The notes below the pieces were generated by a model. It was given only the letters and a program-made list of their open reading frames with translations, was not told where the DNA came from and did no database searches. The translations under genes and the position numbers were made by a program. This document shows, one piece after another, positions 41,701 through 52,901 of a stretch of DNA of 64,000 nt. Position 1 is the stretch's first letter. Every line of letters starts with the position of its first letter. Source of the DNA: Scyliorhinus canicula (lineage: Eukaryota); assembly GCF_902713615.1 (NCBI RefSeq), contig NC_052162.1:61309913-61373912 (forward strand). Reading direction: 5' to 3'.

Positions 41701-43362
41701 AAGCAATAAAGTAAAGTAACCATAGTCCAGATGACCATAGGCTGCTTCCCCTTTGAAGGGGAGAGCTGACTGGCGATGGTTTAACCTGAGGATCACCACA
41801 CCAGGTGGTGAGGGGCAAGGTTGAGTCTTCATGAATAACCTGTGCCAGTACGGGAATTGAATGTGCGATGTTGGCCTCGCTCTGAATCACAAACCAGCTG
41901 TCCACCCAACTGAGCTAAACCTGCTCAGTACAACGTATGCACATTAAGTGAAGAAATTTAATTGGGGTGACTGGACATGCAATGAGAGATAGGATTTAAA
42001 ATTTTGATGGCAGAGAGATGTAGAAAGATTAAGTGATTTAGAGAGAAATAATAATTGGTAGAAGCTCAAATATCAATCTTTGGTGGTGGTGGCTGTGTGA
42101 GGAAGAGGTGGATAGACTTGTAGATTGATTCACTAGGGCTCAAGGGATCAGTAGAGCCTTTGAGGAATGAGTTAGAGTTTTTAGAACTCAGTATAGGAGG
42201 AAACTGCAGACACTGAATTTGAGTACATGAAATTTGGGTCAGGTGGAGGTGGCAAGTGAGGAAATGCTTGAGAAAACAGATCAGGTAATGTAAAGTATTG
42301 AAGGTGGTAACAATAAAGCTGATCATTTTCCAAATGTGGAAGGCCTTGGTGACAGACCAGATGTAAGCTGGGAAGGAGTGTGGTATAATGTTGTGACACT
42401 TGTTGTGAAGGGGTTAGATAACACGACGCATATAAAGACAAAGCTGCTGTAAAAGCCACAAATGCAATTAATACAGGCCAGCTTGCTCAAATCTATCCAG
42501 ATTTCCACCACTCTGTTACAACTTACAAACTAACTTTTACCTGACACCTTCAAGCTATAAAACATTATGCTTAAATGAGATTTATTGTGCAGTGTCATGG
42601 ATTATCCTTTCTCCTCTGGGTCCAGATTCAATCTCAGCTCAGATTGTGTGGATGAGATCTTACCTATCAGATTCCTATGTAAAATTAATTTGATATATAT
42701 TATAAGTTCAGGATGAACATGGCATTGTTACTCAAAGGCCACAGATAAACTGATTATGGAAATGGAAAATGTTACTGTGCTACTAAAAGGGTGTGTTTCC
42801 AATGCTGAGAAATACTATGAAGCAGAGTAAAGACAACTTTATTCTGCATCCAACATCTGTCATAAGCTCAGACTGGCTCTCAGGTGCCCAAGTATTCGAA
42901 TTCCTTCACTAATAAGCAATGAGCGCGGTTTTCATGTTAACAAGTCATTCCACTATGGCACAATATCCTCTAAAGTAGTGTGAAAATACAAAAACAAGAT
43001 CAAATTAGTAGACATAAAAACGATAAAATAAACCTAGTCTAGGATCATAATGAGGTTAGCTTGGAGCAACAGGGGTTTCTGTTGGAATGAAATGCTCACA
43101 AAAATGCAAACACATACCGGAAAGAATAATTTATCACCTGAACAGTCTTTCCATATATATTGTACTGCTGATCTTAGTACTTGCACAATTAACAGACACA
43201 AGATTTTCACACTTACTTTCCATGAGAATAGGTCAGTTTATTATTTTCAGATGGAATCTTTGATAGTATCTGCTCAGTCACTTCTAAGAAATTCCCTCCA
43301 CACCAGGCATTCTTTGCAAGGATGGTCGTGCCTCTTGCAACTACTGCAAACAAGATAGCCAT
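26668..43362 (-). CDS. VAMP7: Vesicle-associated membrane protein 7 (longin R-SNARE), complete spliced CDS, 220 aa
   Basis: Exons 43362-43217, 41481-41424, 41019-40882, 34230-34140, 30772-30705, 29341-29249, 26736-26668 (146+58+138+91+68+93+69 = 663 nt), all introns GT-AG. Protein runs MAILFAVVARGTTILAK...CGGLSWPTCIKK*. Confidence 0.98.
27060..27930 (-). mobile_element. HE1-like V-SINE split by a Rex1 fragment
   Basis: Tail at 27060-27170, head and V core at 27705-27930. Confidence 0.75.
27170..27704 (+). mobile_element. Rex1/Babar-type LINE 3' fragment
   Basis: [24 protein letters not shown]; tail gtgacaataaatcaaatcaaa. Confidence 0.75.
29249..29341 (-). CDS. VAMP7: VAMP7 coding exon 6
   Basis: SVTFKTTSRNLARAMCMKNLKLTIIIVIVAI; acceptor tag, donor gtaagt. 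Confidence 0.97.
29575..30070 (-). mobile_element. DeuSINE-like element containing a nested SINE
   Basis: aatgaccagataat...gattgagggattaaatattgg...ttttacatccac body; tRNA-like head near 30000-30070. Confidence 0.6.
29812..29993 (-). mobile_element. Young short tRNA-derived SINE with Rex1-like tail and (TTTCA)n end
   Basis: B box ggttcgattcc; tail ttttcacagtaacttcattgaagcctactcgtgacaataa; CpGs retained. Confidence 0.75.
30705..30772 (-). CDS. VAMP7: VAMP7 coding exon 5 (SNARE motif, zero-layer Arg)
   Basis: DLVAQRGEKLELLIDKTENLVDS; acceptor tag, donor gtgagt. Confidence 0.97.
32052..32964 (+). mobile_element. Possible old solo LTR
   Basis: TGTGG...GTCATAACA ends; no clean TSD. Confidence 0.35.
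34140..34230 (-). CDS. VAMP7: VAMP7 coding exon 4
   Basis: KHLSENRNSERVSETQAQVDELKGIMVRNI; acceptor cag, donor gtacgt. Confidence 0.97.
34665..34803. mobile_element. Small Harbinger-type MITE
   Basis: Degenerate TIRs gg..ggtattctccg...cggagaattccgg. Confidence 0.5.
35066..35121 (+). repeat. Perfect 28-bp tandem duplication
   Basis: TCACACTTTTTGGTCAAGTTATATTGTG twice. Confidence 0.9.
35345..35625 (+). mobile_element. V-core SINE with Rex1-like tail
   Basis: tRNA head, V core, tail ggattttcacaacttcattg...ctacttgtg...gattattatt. Confidence 0.75.
36240..39995 (-). mobile_element. Decayed L1-clade LINE with 5' end, ORF1, endonuclease and RT; 3' end missing
   Basis: 5' end GGACTTCCGGTGGCG; ORF1 remnants (SRRQNI, YPARLRVT); EN remnant (VYSRIDFF, ISDH); RT remnant (PDGFP..FYK, SYRLLSL). 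Confidence 0.75.
40882..41019 (-). CDS. VAMP7: VAMP7 coding exon 3
   Basis: DFERSRAFTFLNEIKKRFQTTYGSRAQTALPYAMNSEFSNVLAAQM; acceptor aag, donor gtgagt. Confidence 0.97.
41424..41481 (-). CDS. VAMP7: VAMP7 coding exon 2
   Basis: NYLFHYICQERIIYLCITDD; acceptor cag, donor gtgagt. Confidence 0.97.
41706..41925 (-). mobile_element. Old tRNA-derived SINE, same family as the one split by the CR1
   Basis: agctcagttgg A box; aggttattcatg...cttgcccct...tgtggtgatcctcaggttaaacca body. Confidence 0.65.
43217..43362 (-). CDS. VAMP7: VAMP7 coding exon 1 (transcript exon 2; acceptor at 43369)
   Basis: GCCATGG Kozak context; MAILFAVVARGTTILAKNAWCGGNFLEVTEQILSKIPSENNKLTYSHG; donor gtaagt. Confidence 0.97.
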
Positions 43363-44490
43363 GGCTCCACTGAAAAGGTGCTACAAGATAAAATGACCTT
43401 TTCAGTTAATATACAATTACCATACTTCAGAATAAATACTCCCACCATCAACATAATCTTATTGTACAATCAGAGTTTTACATCACATCTCAATGGATGT
43501 AACTGGTTTTAAACTCACCGCTTGGTGCCTATCCAGGAAACCGGGGGGGGGGGGGGGGGGCTGGGGTGTAGGGCAGAATTCTAGAATGCAAGGGTCAGGT
43601 AGTTAAAGGCACAGATGAAACAATGAGCAAAGGAAGGAGTGTACAAAAGTCAAAACAAGGTGGTAGAAGGTTTTAGGAGCAGTAGTAACAATTTCAAAGG
43701 GTTTGATCTACACCATGTCGGATTCAAAATTGGATCTTAAAATTATAGCTTGTCTTGATTGTTCTCTGAAAATGTACTTATTTATTTCAACATATAGACT
43801 GATGTAACCCAAAAGAGAAAGATAGCTATCCATCACAGTATTTACACGCCCTGACAATGCTGCCCTAACACCAAGCTGTAATACGTCATACAAATTATAG
43901 TAAAAATTAAATTAGAAAAAATAGGGGTGATTGTACAAACCTCACCCTTCCTCGACAATAGGTCTATGTAACATATTTCCACTAAAACGAAAGTAATTGC
44001 ATTTATACATAAGGCACAATAGAATACTCAAATATCTCCAGCGACAGACCTATAACTATCTGCAGCTCACTTTTATCTGATTCAGCTCTAACGGCTCTTC
44101 GCAACACGTCCCAAGTTTCAAGACTCTGTAACAGATCTTTCAACTGATTTCTCTTTCGAGTGTCAGCTTCCTTGATGAACAACCAACCCGCATTTCGTAA
44201 CATGCAGTCAGCTCATCAGTCAGGTTTGGTGGCAGGTCTCACGCAGCTGAAAGGAATTCCCCTTCTCCCCATGTCAGCCACATTAATAAATACAGGGCAG
44301 CTGACCGAGTCTGCGAGCTAAACAAACATTCCCCACACTAGAAGCCCCGTCGCAGAGACAGACATTTACACTGTTAAAGTGGATCCAATTGGTGGCGGTG
44401 GGGGACTCACACCCAGTACTGTACTTGGCTAAAGTCTGGTGGCGACCCCCGTCAGCCGGGACTCTCGCATTCTCTCCTGAGGATACTTAC

Positions 44491-44565
44491 CTCCCGGAGC
44501 CTCCTCCTGTCCAAGGCCTTGTTGTCCTCAAACAAATTCCCCTCTCGCTCTCTCTGCACACTTCC
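44491..44565 (-). other. VAMP7: VAMP7 non-coding exon 1 (TSS approximate)
   Basis: Strong donor GAG|gtaagt at 44490-44485 on the minus strand, at the edge of the CpG-rich promoter next to an ETS site. Confidence 0.7.
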
Positions 44566-44937
44566 GGTCAGCTGAGCCCTGTTCACCGCGCATGCGCCTG
44601 TGGGCGGGGCCTGCCCGGATACAGGGCGCATGCGCAGGTCGAGACCGGCCCGATGGGAAATGTAGTTTGGGCTGGGGACCACGAGAAAGGGTAACGGAAG
44701 AAAAGGTGGATCGGAACCTCGCTAAACTGCGAAGGCGGCCCACAAGGAAACTTTTGTTTCGGGAATGCGAATATTTTATTTTCCAATGTCGCTGCCCCGT
44801 GAGCTGTATGGAGAGGTTCTCTGAGTCACCGTAGCCCCAACGGAGACTATATCTCCCGGCATCCCGTGCGGGGTGACGTAATATCTACGCGACGCTAATA
44901 GCGGGCCGGGCTCCAGGCTGAGAGCGACGGCGTGAGC
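44555..44937. promoter_or_regulatory. CpG-rich bidirectional promoter shared by VAMP7 and POLR1D
   Basis: ETS/GABP CACTTCCGG ~44559; NRF1-type GCGCATGCGC at 44588 and 44626; GC box at 44602; ZNF143/SBS-type ACTACATTTCCCA (minus, 44666-44654) and ACTATATCTCCCGGCATCCC (44846); CRE-like TGACGTAA at 44874. Confidence 0.85.
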
Positions 44938-44979
44938 ATGGCAACGGCCGAGGGAGCAAAGAAACCTGTCTTGGAAGTG
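44938..44979 (+). CDS. POLR1D: RNA polymerases I and III subunit RPAC2 (AC19), coding exon 1
   Basis: AGCATGG start; MATAEGAKKPVLEV|gtgagt; phase 0 joins exon 2; aligns with the vertebrate RPAC2 N-terminus. Confidence 0.85.
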
Positions 44980-45509
44980 GTGAGTATATGGTCTTGATGC
45001 ACTGCGATAATCCGGTCCTCTCGCTTGATCAACCTTATTGACGTTTTGGAGGTGATAACAGATAGATTGGTCAGTGCAGTAGATGTAATATGTCTGGATT
45101 TTCAAAAGATCCTCGAGAAGGTTTCCCATAATAGACTATTGAATGAGGCCAGAGAGTATGGAATCAAGAGACCAGGGGCAGAATTGATGACCAACTGGCC
45201 CAAGTTAATCACTCTACATCACTGCAGAAACGAGAAAAATACTTACAACTCAAATTCTGCTAGTCACCAATAATAAATGGTGGGTAGAGAAGACCAGCTA
45301 AATCTATAGCACTACGCAGACCTATGCTTCTCCTTACAGGCCACAAAGACGGGATGGGGTGTTACACGTGAATAGTGCGGAAACCATAGCAGATCATAAT
45401 TTCTATTAATACTTTGGAATCAAAGCGCAATTTACAAATTTGCGTATAATACAAAATTTGGGGGAGCAGTCAGTATGGAAGAGGCAAATTACATAACATT
45501 AATAAAAAA

Positions 45510-45865
45510 GGGCAGCATGGTAGCCTTGTGGATAGCACAATTGCTTCACAGCTCCAGGGTCCCAGGTTCGATTCCGGCATGGGTCACTGTCTGTGTGGAG
45601 TCTGCACATCCTCCCTGTGTGTGCGTGGGTTTCCTCCGGGTGCTCCGGTTTCCTCCCACAGTCCAAAGCTGTGCAGGTTAGGTGGATTGGCCATGATAAA
45701 TTGCCCTTAGTGTCCAAAATTGCCCTTAGTGTTGGGTGGGGTTACTGGGTTATGGGGATAAGGTGGAGGTGTTGACCTTGGGTAGGGTGCTCTTTCCAAG
45801 AGCCGGTGCAGACTCGATGGGCTGAATGGCCTCCTTCTGCACTGTAAATTCTATGATATCTATGA
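45510..45865 (+). mobile_element. Full-length HE1-like V-SINE
   Basis: tRNA head (B box ggttcgattcc), V core ggtttcctccgggtgctccggtttcctcccacagtccaaag, CR1-type tail ending ttctatga. Confidence 0.9.
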
Positions 45866-45879
45866 AAACAATGGTCCCT

Positions 45880-46420
45880 TCCCCCTTCTAATCAAAGACA
45901 GGAATACCTATCCCAAAGTTGATGCAGCCACAGGCCGTTGGAGTGAGCATGACCAGAACCTTCTCAATCAGGAGTGCACAGTATCACACAATTTCATCAA
46001 ATCAATCATCAACAGCTAGAGAGATAAAATTTGGGTCTGCTGCTTGCTGAGATACAAGAGATCCATCAAACGAAGAACAACGAGGTGTGCGGTACAAACA
46101 ATATTTCCAGGGGTTGAGAAGATGGTTGTCACAAGCACTTGCTCAAACTCTCATCTTTTTGCAAAAATCTGGGAAGAATAAGAATGACCCCTTTTTTAAA
46201 GAAGAGTGATAAATCAATTTGAGGGAACTATGGAGGCATATCTCTTCTGTCGACCCTGGCGAAGGTTTTCACATGAATCCACTTGAACTATCTACTCTCC
46301 GTCAGTGAAGATAGCCTTCCAGAGACCCAATGTGGTTTCCTGCCATCCATGGGAATCACAGATATGATCTTTGTCATTCGACAAAACCAAAATAATTGTT
46401 TGGAACAAAGAAAAAAGCTT
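45880..46420 (+). mobile_element. Decayed RTE-clade LINE fragment
   Basis: GNY.GISLLS, LPETQCGF, DMIFVIRQ. Confidence 0.6.
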
Positions 46421-46696
46421 TACATAGAAAATAAGTGCAGGAGTCGGCCATTCGGCCCTTCGAGCCAGCACCACCATTCGATATGATCATGGTTGATCAT
46501 GCAAATTCAGTATCCCTCTCCTACTTTCTCTCTACAACCCTTTAGCTGTAAGCGCCACATCCAGCTCCCTCTTGAATATATCCAATGAGCTGGCCCTAAC
46601 AGCTTTCTGTGGTAGAGAATTCCACTAGTTCACAACTCTCCGAGAGAAGAAGTTTTTCCTCATCTCAGTCCTAAATGGTGTACCCCTTATTCTTAG

Positions 46697-46784
46697 TAAG
46701 AAGTCTTACAACACCAGGTTAAAGTCCAACAGGTTTGTTTCAAACACGAGCTTTCGGAGCGCAGCTCCTTCCTCAGGTGAGGAA
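46697..46784 (-). mobile_element. 88-bp Penelope-like (pLTR-derived) insertion with 13-bp TSD
   Basis: TSD CCCTTATTCTTAG at 46684-46696 and 46785-46797; interrupts CR1; contains a hammerhead core. Confidence 0.75.
46745..46780 (-). ncRNA. Minimal type I hammerhead ribozyme
   Basis: UCAC-CUGAGGA-A-GGAGC(UGC)GCUCC-GAAAGCUC-GUG: stem I CAC/GUG, CUGANGA and GAAA cores, 5-bp stem II, palindromic AGCU stem III. Confidence 0.7.
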
Positions 46785-48174
46785 CCCTTATTCTTAGGCT
46801 GTGACCCCTAGTTCTGGACGTCCCTAACATCAGGAACATTTTTCCCGCATCTAGCCTGTCCAGTCCCATCAAGATTTTATATGTTTCTATGAGATCCCCT
46901 TTCATTCTTCTAACACCAGTGAGTACAATTCCAGTCTTTCTTCCTATGTCAGTCCTGCCATCCCGGGAATTAGTCTGGTGAACCTTCGCTGGACACCCTC
47001 AATAACAAGAATGTCCTTCCTCAAACTAGGAGACCAAAACTCCACACAATATTCAAGGTATGACCTCACCAAGGCTCTGTATAACTGCAACAAGATAACT
47101 CTACTCCTATACTCAAATCCTCTTGCTGTGAAGGCCAGCATGCCATTATCTTTCCTCACTGCCTCCTGTAGCTACATGCCAACCTTCAGTGACTGTTCCA
47201 ACATGACACCCAGGTCTTGTTGCACTTCCCCGTTTCAGATAACTGCCACCATTCAGATAATAATCTGTCTTCCTGTTTTTGCCACCAAAATGGATAACCT
47301 CACATTTACCCTTAATATATTGTATTTGCCCACTCAGCCAGCCTGTCCCAGTCACCCTACAGCCTCTTGGCATCCTCCTCACAGCACACACTGCCACCCA
47401 GCTTAGCGTCATATGCAAATCTGGAGATATTTCTAGACTCGGAAGGCATCAAGGGGTACGGGGAGAGAACGGGAGTGTGGTGTTGAGATATAGGATCAGC
47501 CATAATCATATTCAATTGTGGAGCAGGGTCGAATGGCCTACTCCAGCTCCTATTTTCTGCATTTCTATTATTGTGTGTGACCTGTTGCTAATAAGTTGTG
47601 CTGACTTAACATAAGTTTGTTACAACTTCGATAATCTAGTGGGCTGTGATCCTGGTGTATGGAAAACTGTATAATAATCTTTATTAGTGTCACAAGGAGG
47701 CTTACATTAACACTGCAATGAAATCATTGTCAGAATATCAAATAGTGATGCAGGATATACTGGTGAGACATTCATTGTGTATTTGAATAGGTTATGTACA
47801 GGATGCCCCATGCGTAACATTTGTTATAAAATAATAGGGGAGTTTTAAGGCAAACTGAGGAATTAGCTATGGTCAAGTCTGGGATTTTGAAGTATACAGC
47901 AAGACTTTATTAGTTCAAGATTTCAGGTCCTGGCCCTGTCACGCTATTCTGGTAGATACAATATGGTTGCCCTCTGTTTTGTTCTCTAGTTATTCTGTTG
48001 TACTTTAATTCGATGACTCCTGGATAGCTCATTTTTTATCTACGTACCATTTTATCTCTCTCCAATTTGGGACATCTGTGGAGTGGCGCCCAAAGGCAGA
48101 TTGATGTCTAAATATGCCTGCAGCCAAGGCAGTGCCAAACGTATTGCTTGCCATTCCTTTGAACTCAACCATGG

Positions 48175-48547
48175 AAGCGTTGATGTAGTGGTAATAATGT
48201 CACTGAACTAGTAGTCCAATGGCTAAGGCTAATGCAGTGGGGACACAGATTCAAATCTTACCACTGCAGGTGGTGGAATTTAAATTCAACCAATAAATCT
48301 GGAATTGAAAGCTAGTCTCAGTAATGGTGACCAAGATCAATTGTTGAAAAACCCATATGGTTTATCAATGACTCGTAGGGGAGGAAATCTGACTTTACCC
48401 ACTCTGATCTGGGTATATTGGTTTCAGAATCTCATCAATGTGGTTGACTGAGATGGGCTAGCAAGCCACTCAGTTCAAAGTCAATTAAGGATGGGCAACA
48501 AATGTTGGCCTTGCCAGTAGTGACCACGTCCCATGAAAGAATGAAGA
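48175..48547 (+). mobile_element. Old tRNA-derived SINE with L2-type tail
   Basis: A/B-box-like head; tail ggatgggcaacaaatgttggccttgccag...cccatgaaagaatgaa. Confidence 0.65.
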
Positions 48548-49910
48548 CAAAAAAAGCTCCACTGGCAAAAGATACATAAGTAAGGGTATACCATTGCCAA
48601 ATGCAAAACGTGAATTCTGTAGCTTAGGTTGAAGTTTTGTGCCAGATGCACTGTCTACAGTTAGGGAAGTGAGAAAGCTGGTGTTGGAGAGTAACTCTAA
48701 AACCGTTTAACATAAATAACTGGGCTCGTGCCTGTGTTCAATCTATCAATGTTCCCACTAAAGTTTTGTGTAACCTTTCCACATCATTTGATGATGGGTC
48801 TCAGAATGCAGGCAGCACGGGGCCAGTGACATTTTAACTTCTGCTCCAGGACAACACAAATCACATTACGGTCACATTTTAAACCATTTCATTTGCTACC
48901 GTCTACAAACAAAACTATTATGTTATAATCCTGTATTATGTCACAGTTACTTGTAAAATTTTTAACAAGGGTCCTTTTCTTGACTATTGCCTTTCTTAAG
49001 TCTCAAATGCTACAATAGGATACATCATGGAGCAATGAAAAAATGGGTTTGTGTACAGCGATCTCCTTTTACCCATAGGACCGTGGATAGTGGCTGGAGA
49101 GCAAAAAAAGACCGCAGAATCTGCTTTACTAAACCCTGTCACGTGTTCAGTGCTAACCGGGATTACAATCTTCCTTCCTTTTGTAGAGCAAGTTAAGAAA
49201 AAACAGTGGTTCTAAATCCCACATTGATCATTATCCCACAGATTGGTAGGCCCAGAAATGCACAGATCAGCAAATGTGCACAGAGCCACAAGCAGAGCAA
49301 CTATGGGGCAGTTAGAGTCTGTGCCGGAAGGATGGTAGGATTGTTATTGGAAGGATGATATTAAATGGCCAAAGGTCCTTTATCTTCTCTTGTGATATAT
49401 TGCACAATGGCATTGAAAACATGCAGACTGTGACACTAGTAATATGATTAACTTTATTTTGCTGCCTGACAACTCCGAATCATTCTTGTTTTGCAGCAAA
49501 ACTTTGCTTTGCTAGTGTCCTTGTAAGCTTTGTCAACAACATTTAGTTACGTGTAACACCTTTTAACATTGGGAAAACTTTCAAAATTTGGCACAAGAAG
49601 TGGGATGTGAAGTCGTCATCAAGCATGAGCCAGGGAGATGACTGAAGTTGTATTTCAATCGGTAGAATTTTAAATTACTTTTAAATAGGGGAGACAGAAG
49701 GAACAAGGTGAAAGGATTAGATATGTTTACCCAGAGAACATAGTGGAGGGCACTAGCACTGGTGGCTTAAGAAAACCAATGCAGATATTGCAGTGAAAGT
49801 TGTGGTGCATAATTTGAAGCAGAGGGAAACCGTGGGCACATTTTCTTTGGCTGATATTTCAAAATAGAAGATGTAAAAGGGAGCAGACATGCTCAGGAGT
49901 ATAATGTTGC

Positions 49911-51195
49911 TGTGTAGAAGGGAGGAGGTGAAAGGGCAGGTGTATGTAGAAGGGAGGAGGTGAAAGGGCAGGTGTGTGTGGAAGGGAGGAGGTGAAAGGG
50001 CAGGTGTGTGTGGAAGGGAGGAGGTGAAAGGGCAGGTGTGCTTGGAATGGAGGAGGTGAAAGGGCAGGTGAGGAGGTGAAAGGGCAGTTGTGCGTAGAAG
50101 GGAGGAGGTGAAAGGACTGGTGGATTGGATTGGATTTGTTAATTGTCACGTGTACCGAGGTACAGTGAAAAGTACTTTTCTGCGAGCAGCTCAACAAATC
50201 ATTAAGTACATGGGAAGAAAAGGGAATAAAAGAAAATACATAATAGGGCAACACAAGATATACAATGTAACTACATAAGCACTGGCATTGGATGAAGCAT
50301 ACAGGGTGTAGTGTTAATGAAGTTTCTTACGGTCCTGGGTCGAGCAGTTGCCATACCAGGCTGTGATGCAGCCCGATAGGATGCTTTCTATGGTGCATCT
50401 GTAAAAGTTGGTAAGGATTAAAGTGGACATGCCGAATTTCCTTAGTTTCCTGAGGAAGTATAGGTGCTGTTGTGCTTTCTTGGTGGTAGCGTCGACGTGG
50501 GTGGACCAGGACAGATTTTTGGAGATGTGCACCCCTAGGAATTTGAAACTGCTAACCATCTCCACCTCGACCCCGTTGATGCTGACAGGGGTGTGTACAG
50601 TACTTTGCTTCCTGAAGTCAATGACCAGCTCTTTAGTCTTGCTGGCATTGAGGGACAGATTGTTGTCGCTACACCACTCCACTAGGTTCTCTAACTCCCT
50701 CCTGTATTCTGACTCGTCGTTATTCGAGATCCGGCCCACTATGGTCGTATCATCAGCAAACTTGTAGATGGAGCTGGAACCAAGTTTTGCCACGCAGTCG
50801 TGTGTGTACAGGGAGTAGAGTAGGGGGCTAAGTACGCAGCCTTGCGGGGCCCCGGTATTGAGGACTATTGTGGAGGAGGTGTTGTTCATTCTTACTGATT
50901 GTGGTCTGTTGGTCAGAAAATCGAGGATCCAGTTGCAGAGTGGAGAGCCAAGTCCTAGGTTTTGGAGCTTTGATATGAGCTTGGCTGGGATTATGGTGTT
51001 GAAGGTGGAGCTGTAGTCAATAAATAGGAGTCTGATCTACCTAGGAGTCAATAAATAGGAGTCTGGTGTGCCGAGAAGGGAGGAGGTGAAAGTGCAGGTG
51101 TGTGTAGAAGGGAGGAAGTGGAAGGACAGGTGTGCGTAGAAGGGAGGAAGTGGAAGGACAGGTGTGCGTAGAAGGGAGGAGGTGAAAGGGCAAGT
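49911..51195 (+). repeat. ~32-bp purine-rich minisatellite (49911-50115 and ~51069-51195) split by Rex1
   Basis: Unit GTAGAAGGGAGGAGGTGAAAGGGCAGGTGTGT on both sides of the insertion. Confidence 0.85.
50120..51036 (-). mobile_element. Rex1/Babar-type LINE, 5'-truncated
   Basis: ORF 50889-50314: [18 protein letters not shown]...KFADDT...[21 protein letters not shown]; (CCAAT)n tail; internal deletion relative to the 14115 copy. Confidence 0.85.
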
Positions 51196-51479
51196 GTTGT
51201 ATCAGCTGCAGCCGAATATTCGGCCACCCTAACCCCAGCCAGCAGAGATCGACTCCTAAGGAAGTAATCAACTCGTGAATACACTTTGTGTATTGTGGAG
51301 AAAAATGAGAACTTCCTCCCTCCTTGGTGCATGAACCTCTAAGGGCCCACGCCTCCCACCTCCATGAATGTGGGCAATACTTTCGCCATTGCAACCGGGC
51401 CCAGCTATCTCTGCCTAGATCAATCCGCCTTTGGGTCCAGCATATCTTTCATATTGCCCACACAATAAGCTGGTGAGTC

Positions 51480-51710
51480 AAGGGCTGCATGTGGTGCAGT
51501 GGATAGCACTGGGACTGCGGCACCGTGGAACCGGGTTCGAATCCCGGCCCTGGGTCACTGTCCGTGTGGAGTTTGCACATTCTCCCCATGCCTGCATGGG
51601 TTTCACCCCTACAATCCAAAGATGCGCAGGTTAGGTAGATTTGCCACGCTAAATTGCCCCTTAATTGGGGAAAAAAAATAATTGGGTACTCTAAATTTAT
51701 ATAAAAAAGA
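51480..51710 (+). mobile_element. Short A-tailed SINE with 15-bp TSD
   Basis: AATAAG(C/T)TGGTGAGT at 51464-51478 and 51711-51725. Confidence 0.8.
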
Positions 51711-52031
51711 AATAAGTTGGTGAGTGTCCAGGTCTGGCACCGTCATCACCAACCGCTTCATGAACGACACATTGTCCCAATTTGGGCATATACGTTTATT
51801 AGCATCACTGGTTTCCCCTCCAAGATTCCTACCACTATTGCATATCTCCTTACCCCTCCCGGGGATCTGCCTTCACCTTCTCCACATGGAACCAAAGCCA
51901 TTTGTTGATAAGAATCGTCTTCCCTTGAGACCTTCTGCCAAAGCTCGTGCGGACCCCTTCACCTCGGCTTCTATTGCAGGGCCAGCGTCTGTCGCACTGC
52001 GCCCTATTTTATTCTGGCGGAGCAAATACCT

Positions 52032-52901
52032 TGGCTAGATTCTCTGTTTGCAAACGGCGAAATCACAAAACGCAATTGGTTGGAGAATAGGTTCCAACAG
52101 CAAAATTGTGGCGGGTGCCGATTTCATTCTTCGTCACCTCGACAGCGGCATCAATGTGTACCGGAACGCAAGTGCAGGAAATAACGTTTGCATATCATCA
52201 ACGGACCCAACCCACTATTATCCGGGGCCTCCATGGTTCTCCAAAGATGGGCTGAGTACCCGAGTGCGCGGTTCACTTGTGCTTTTAAAAATCTTGAAAC
52301 CGGCATTGGGGCTACTGAAGGAGAGAGTGGGGTATGGAAAGTGCCCAACATCTCCATAGTTTGCTGACGGTTAAACCGCTGGCTGGGGGGGGGGTGTTCT
52401 TCCAGGGTTGGGGGGGGGGGGGGGTGCTAGGAGATTGGGCTGTGGGGCCAGGGTGGGTGGGAACACCATTGCTGCAGCCTGCAAGGCAGCCATGCAATTG
52501 TGGACACCGCTGACAGCCCACTGTGAACCTAGGGCCACGGGTCGTATAGGTGTACCTCCAGGGCACCCCCCCTCTAGGTGCCATATGGCTCCAGCCGACC
52601 CATCAACTGTATGGGCATGCTTCAGCACAACCAGTGCTAACTTGATGGCTGGGATGAGTGTGTGTGGGAATTATAATGTGTATATGCGGCTGCAGCTTGT
52701 CAGCCTCCCGAATGTCAATCACAGACCCGGTGAATCCCACACCGTTTTCCATTGGAATCCATCATGTTCCACGTGGCGCTGGTGCTAGCTCCTTAAAAGT
52801 CGTGGAATCAATCCAGGTGTGGCGCCAGTTTTGCTGTCATGAAAGTCCACGAATTCTGAGTTGGCGCCAACACTTAGTCTCAGAAGCGGAGAATCCTGCC
52901 A
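52032..52901. mobile_element. Non-autonomous Harbinger-type element inserted in L1 ORF1
   Basis: TIR-like ends GGCTAGATTCTC...GGAGAATCCTGCC. Confidence 0.6.

Larger units (their letters stand above)
46422..47430 (-). mobile_element. CR1 LINE 3' part
   Basis: LYRALVRSYLEYCVEFWSP, GDLIETYKI, RTRGHSL. Confidence 0.85.

Noticed and set aside
45510-45590. tRNA genes at A/B-box sequences
   Set aside because: They are SINE heads followed by V core and LINE-type tails, not standalone tRNA genes.
49911-51195. CRISPR-like array
   Set aside because: Head-to-tail repeats without unique spacers in vertebrate DNA; this is a minisatellite.
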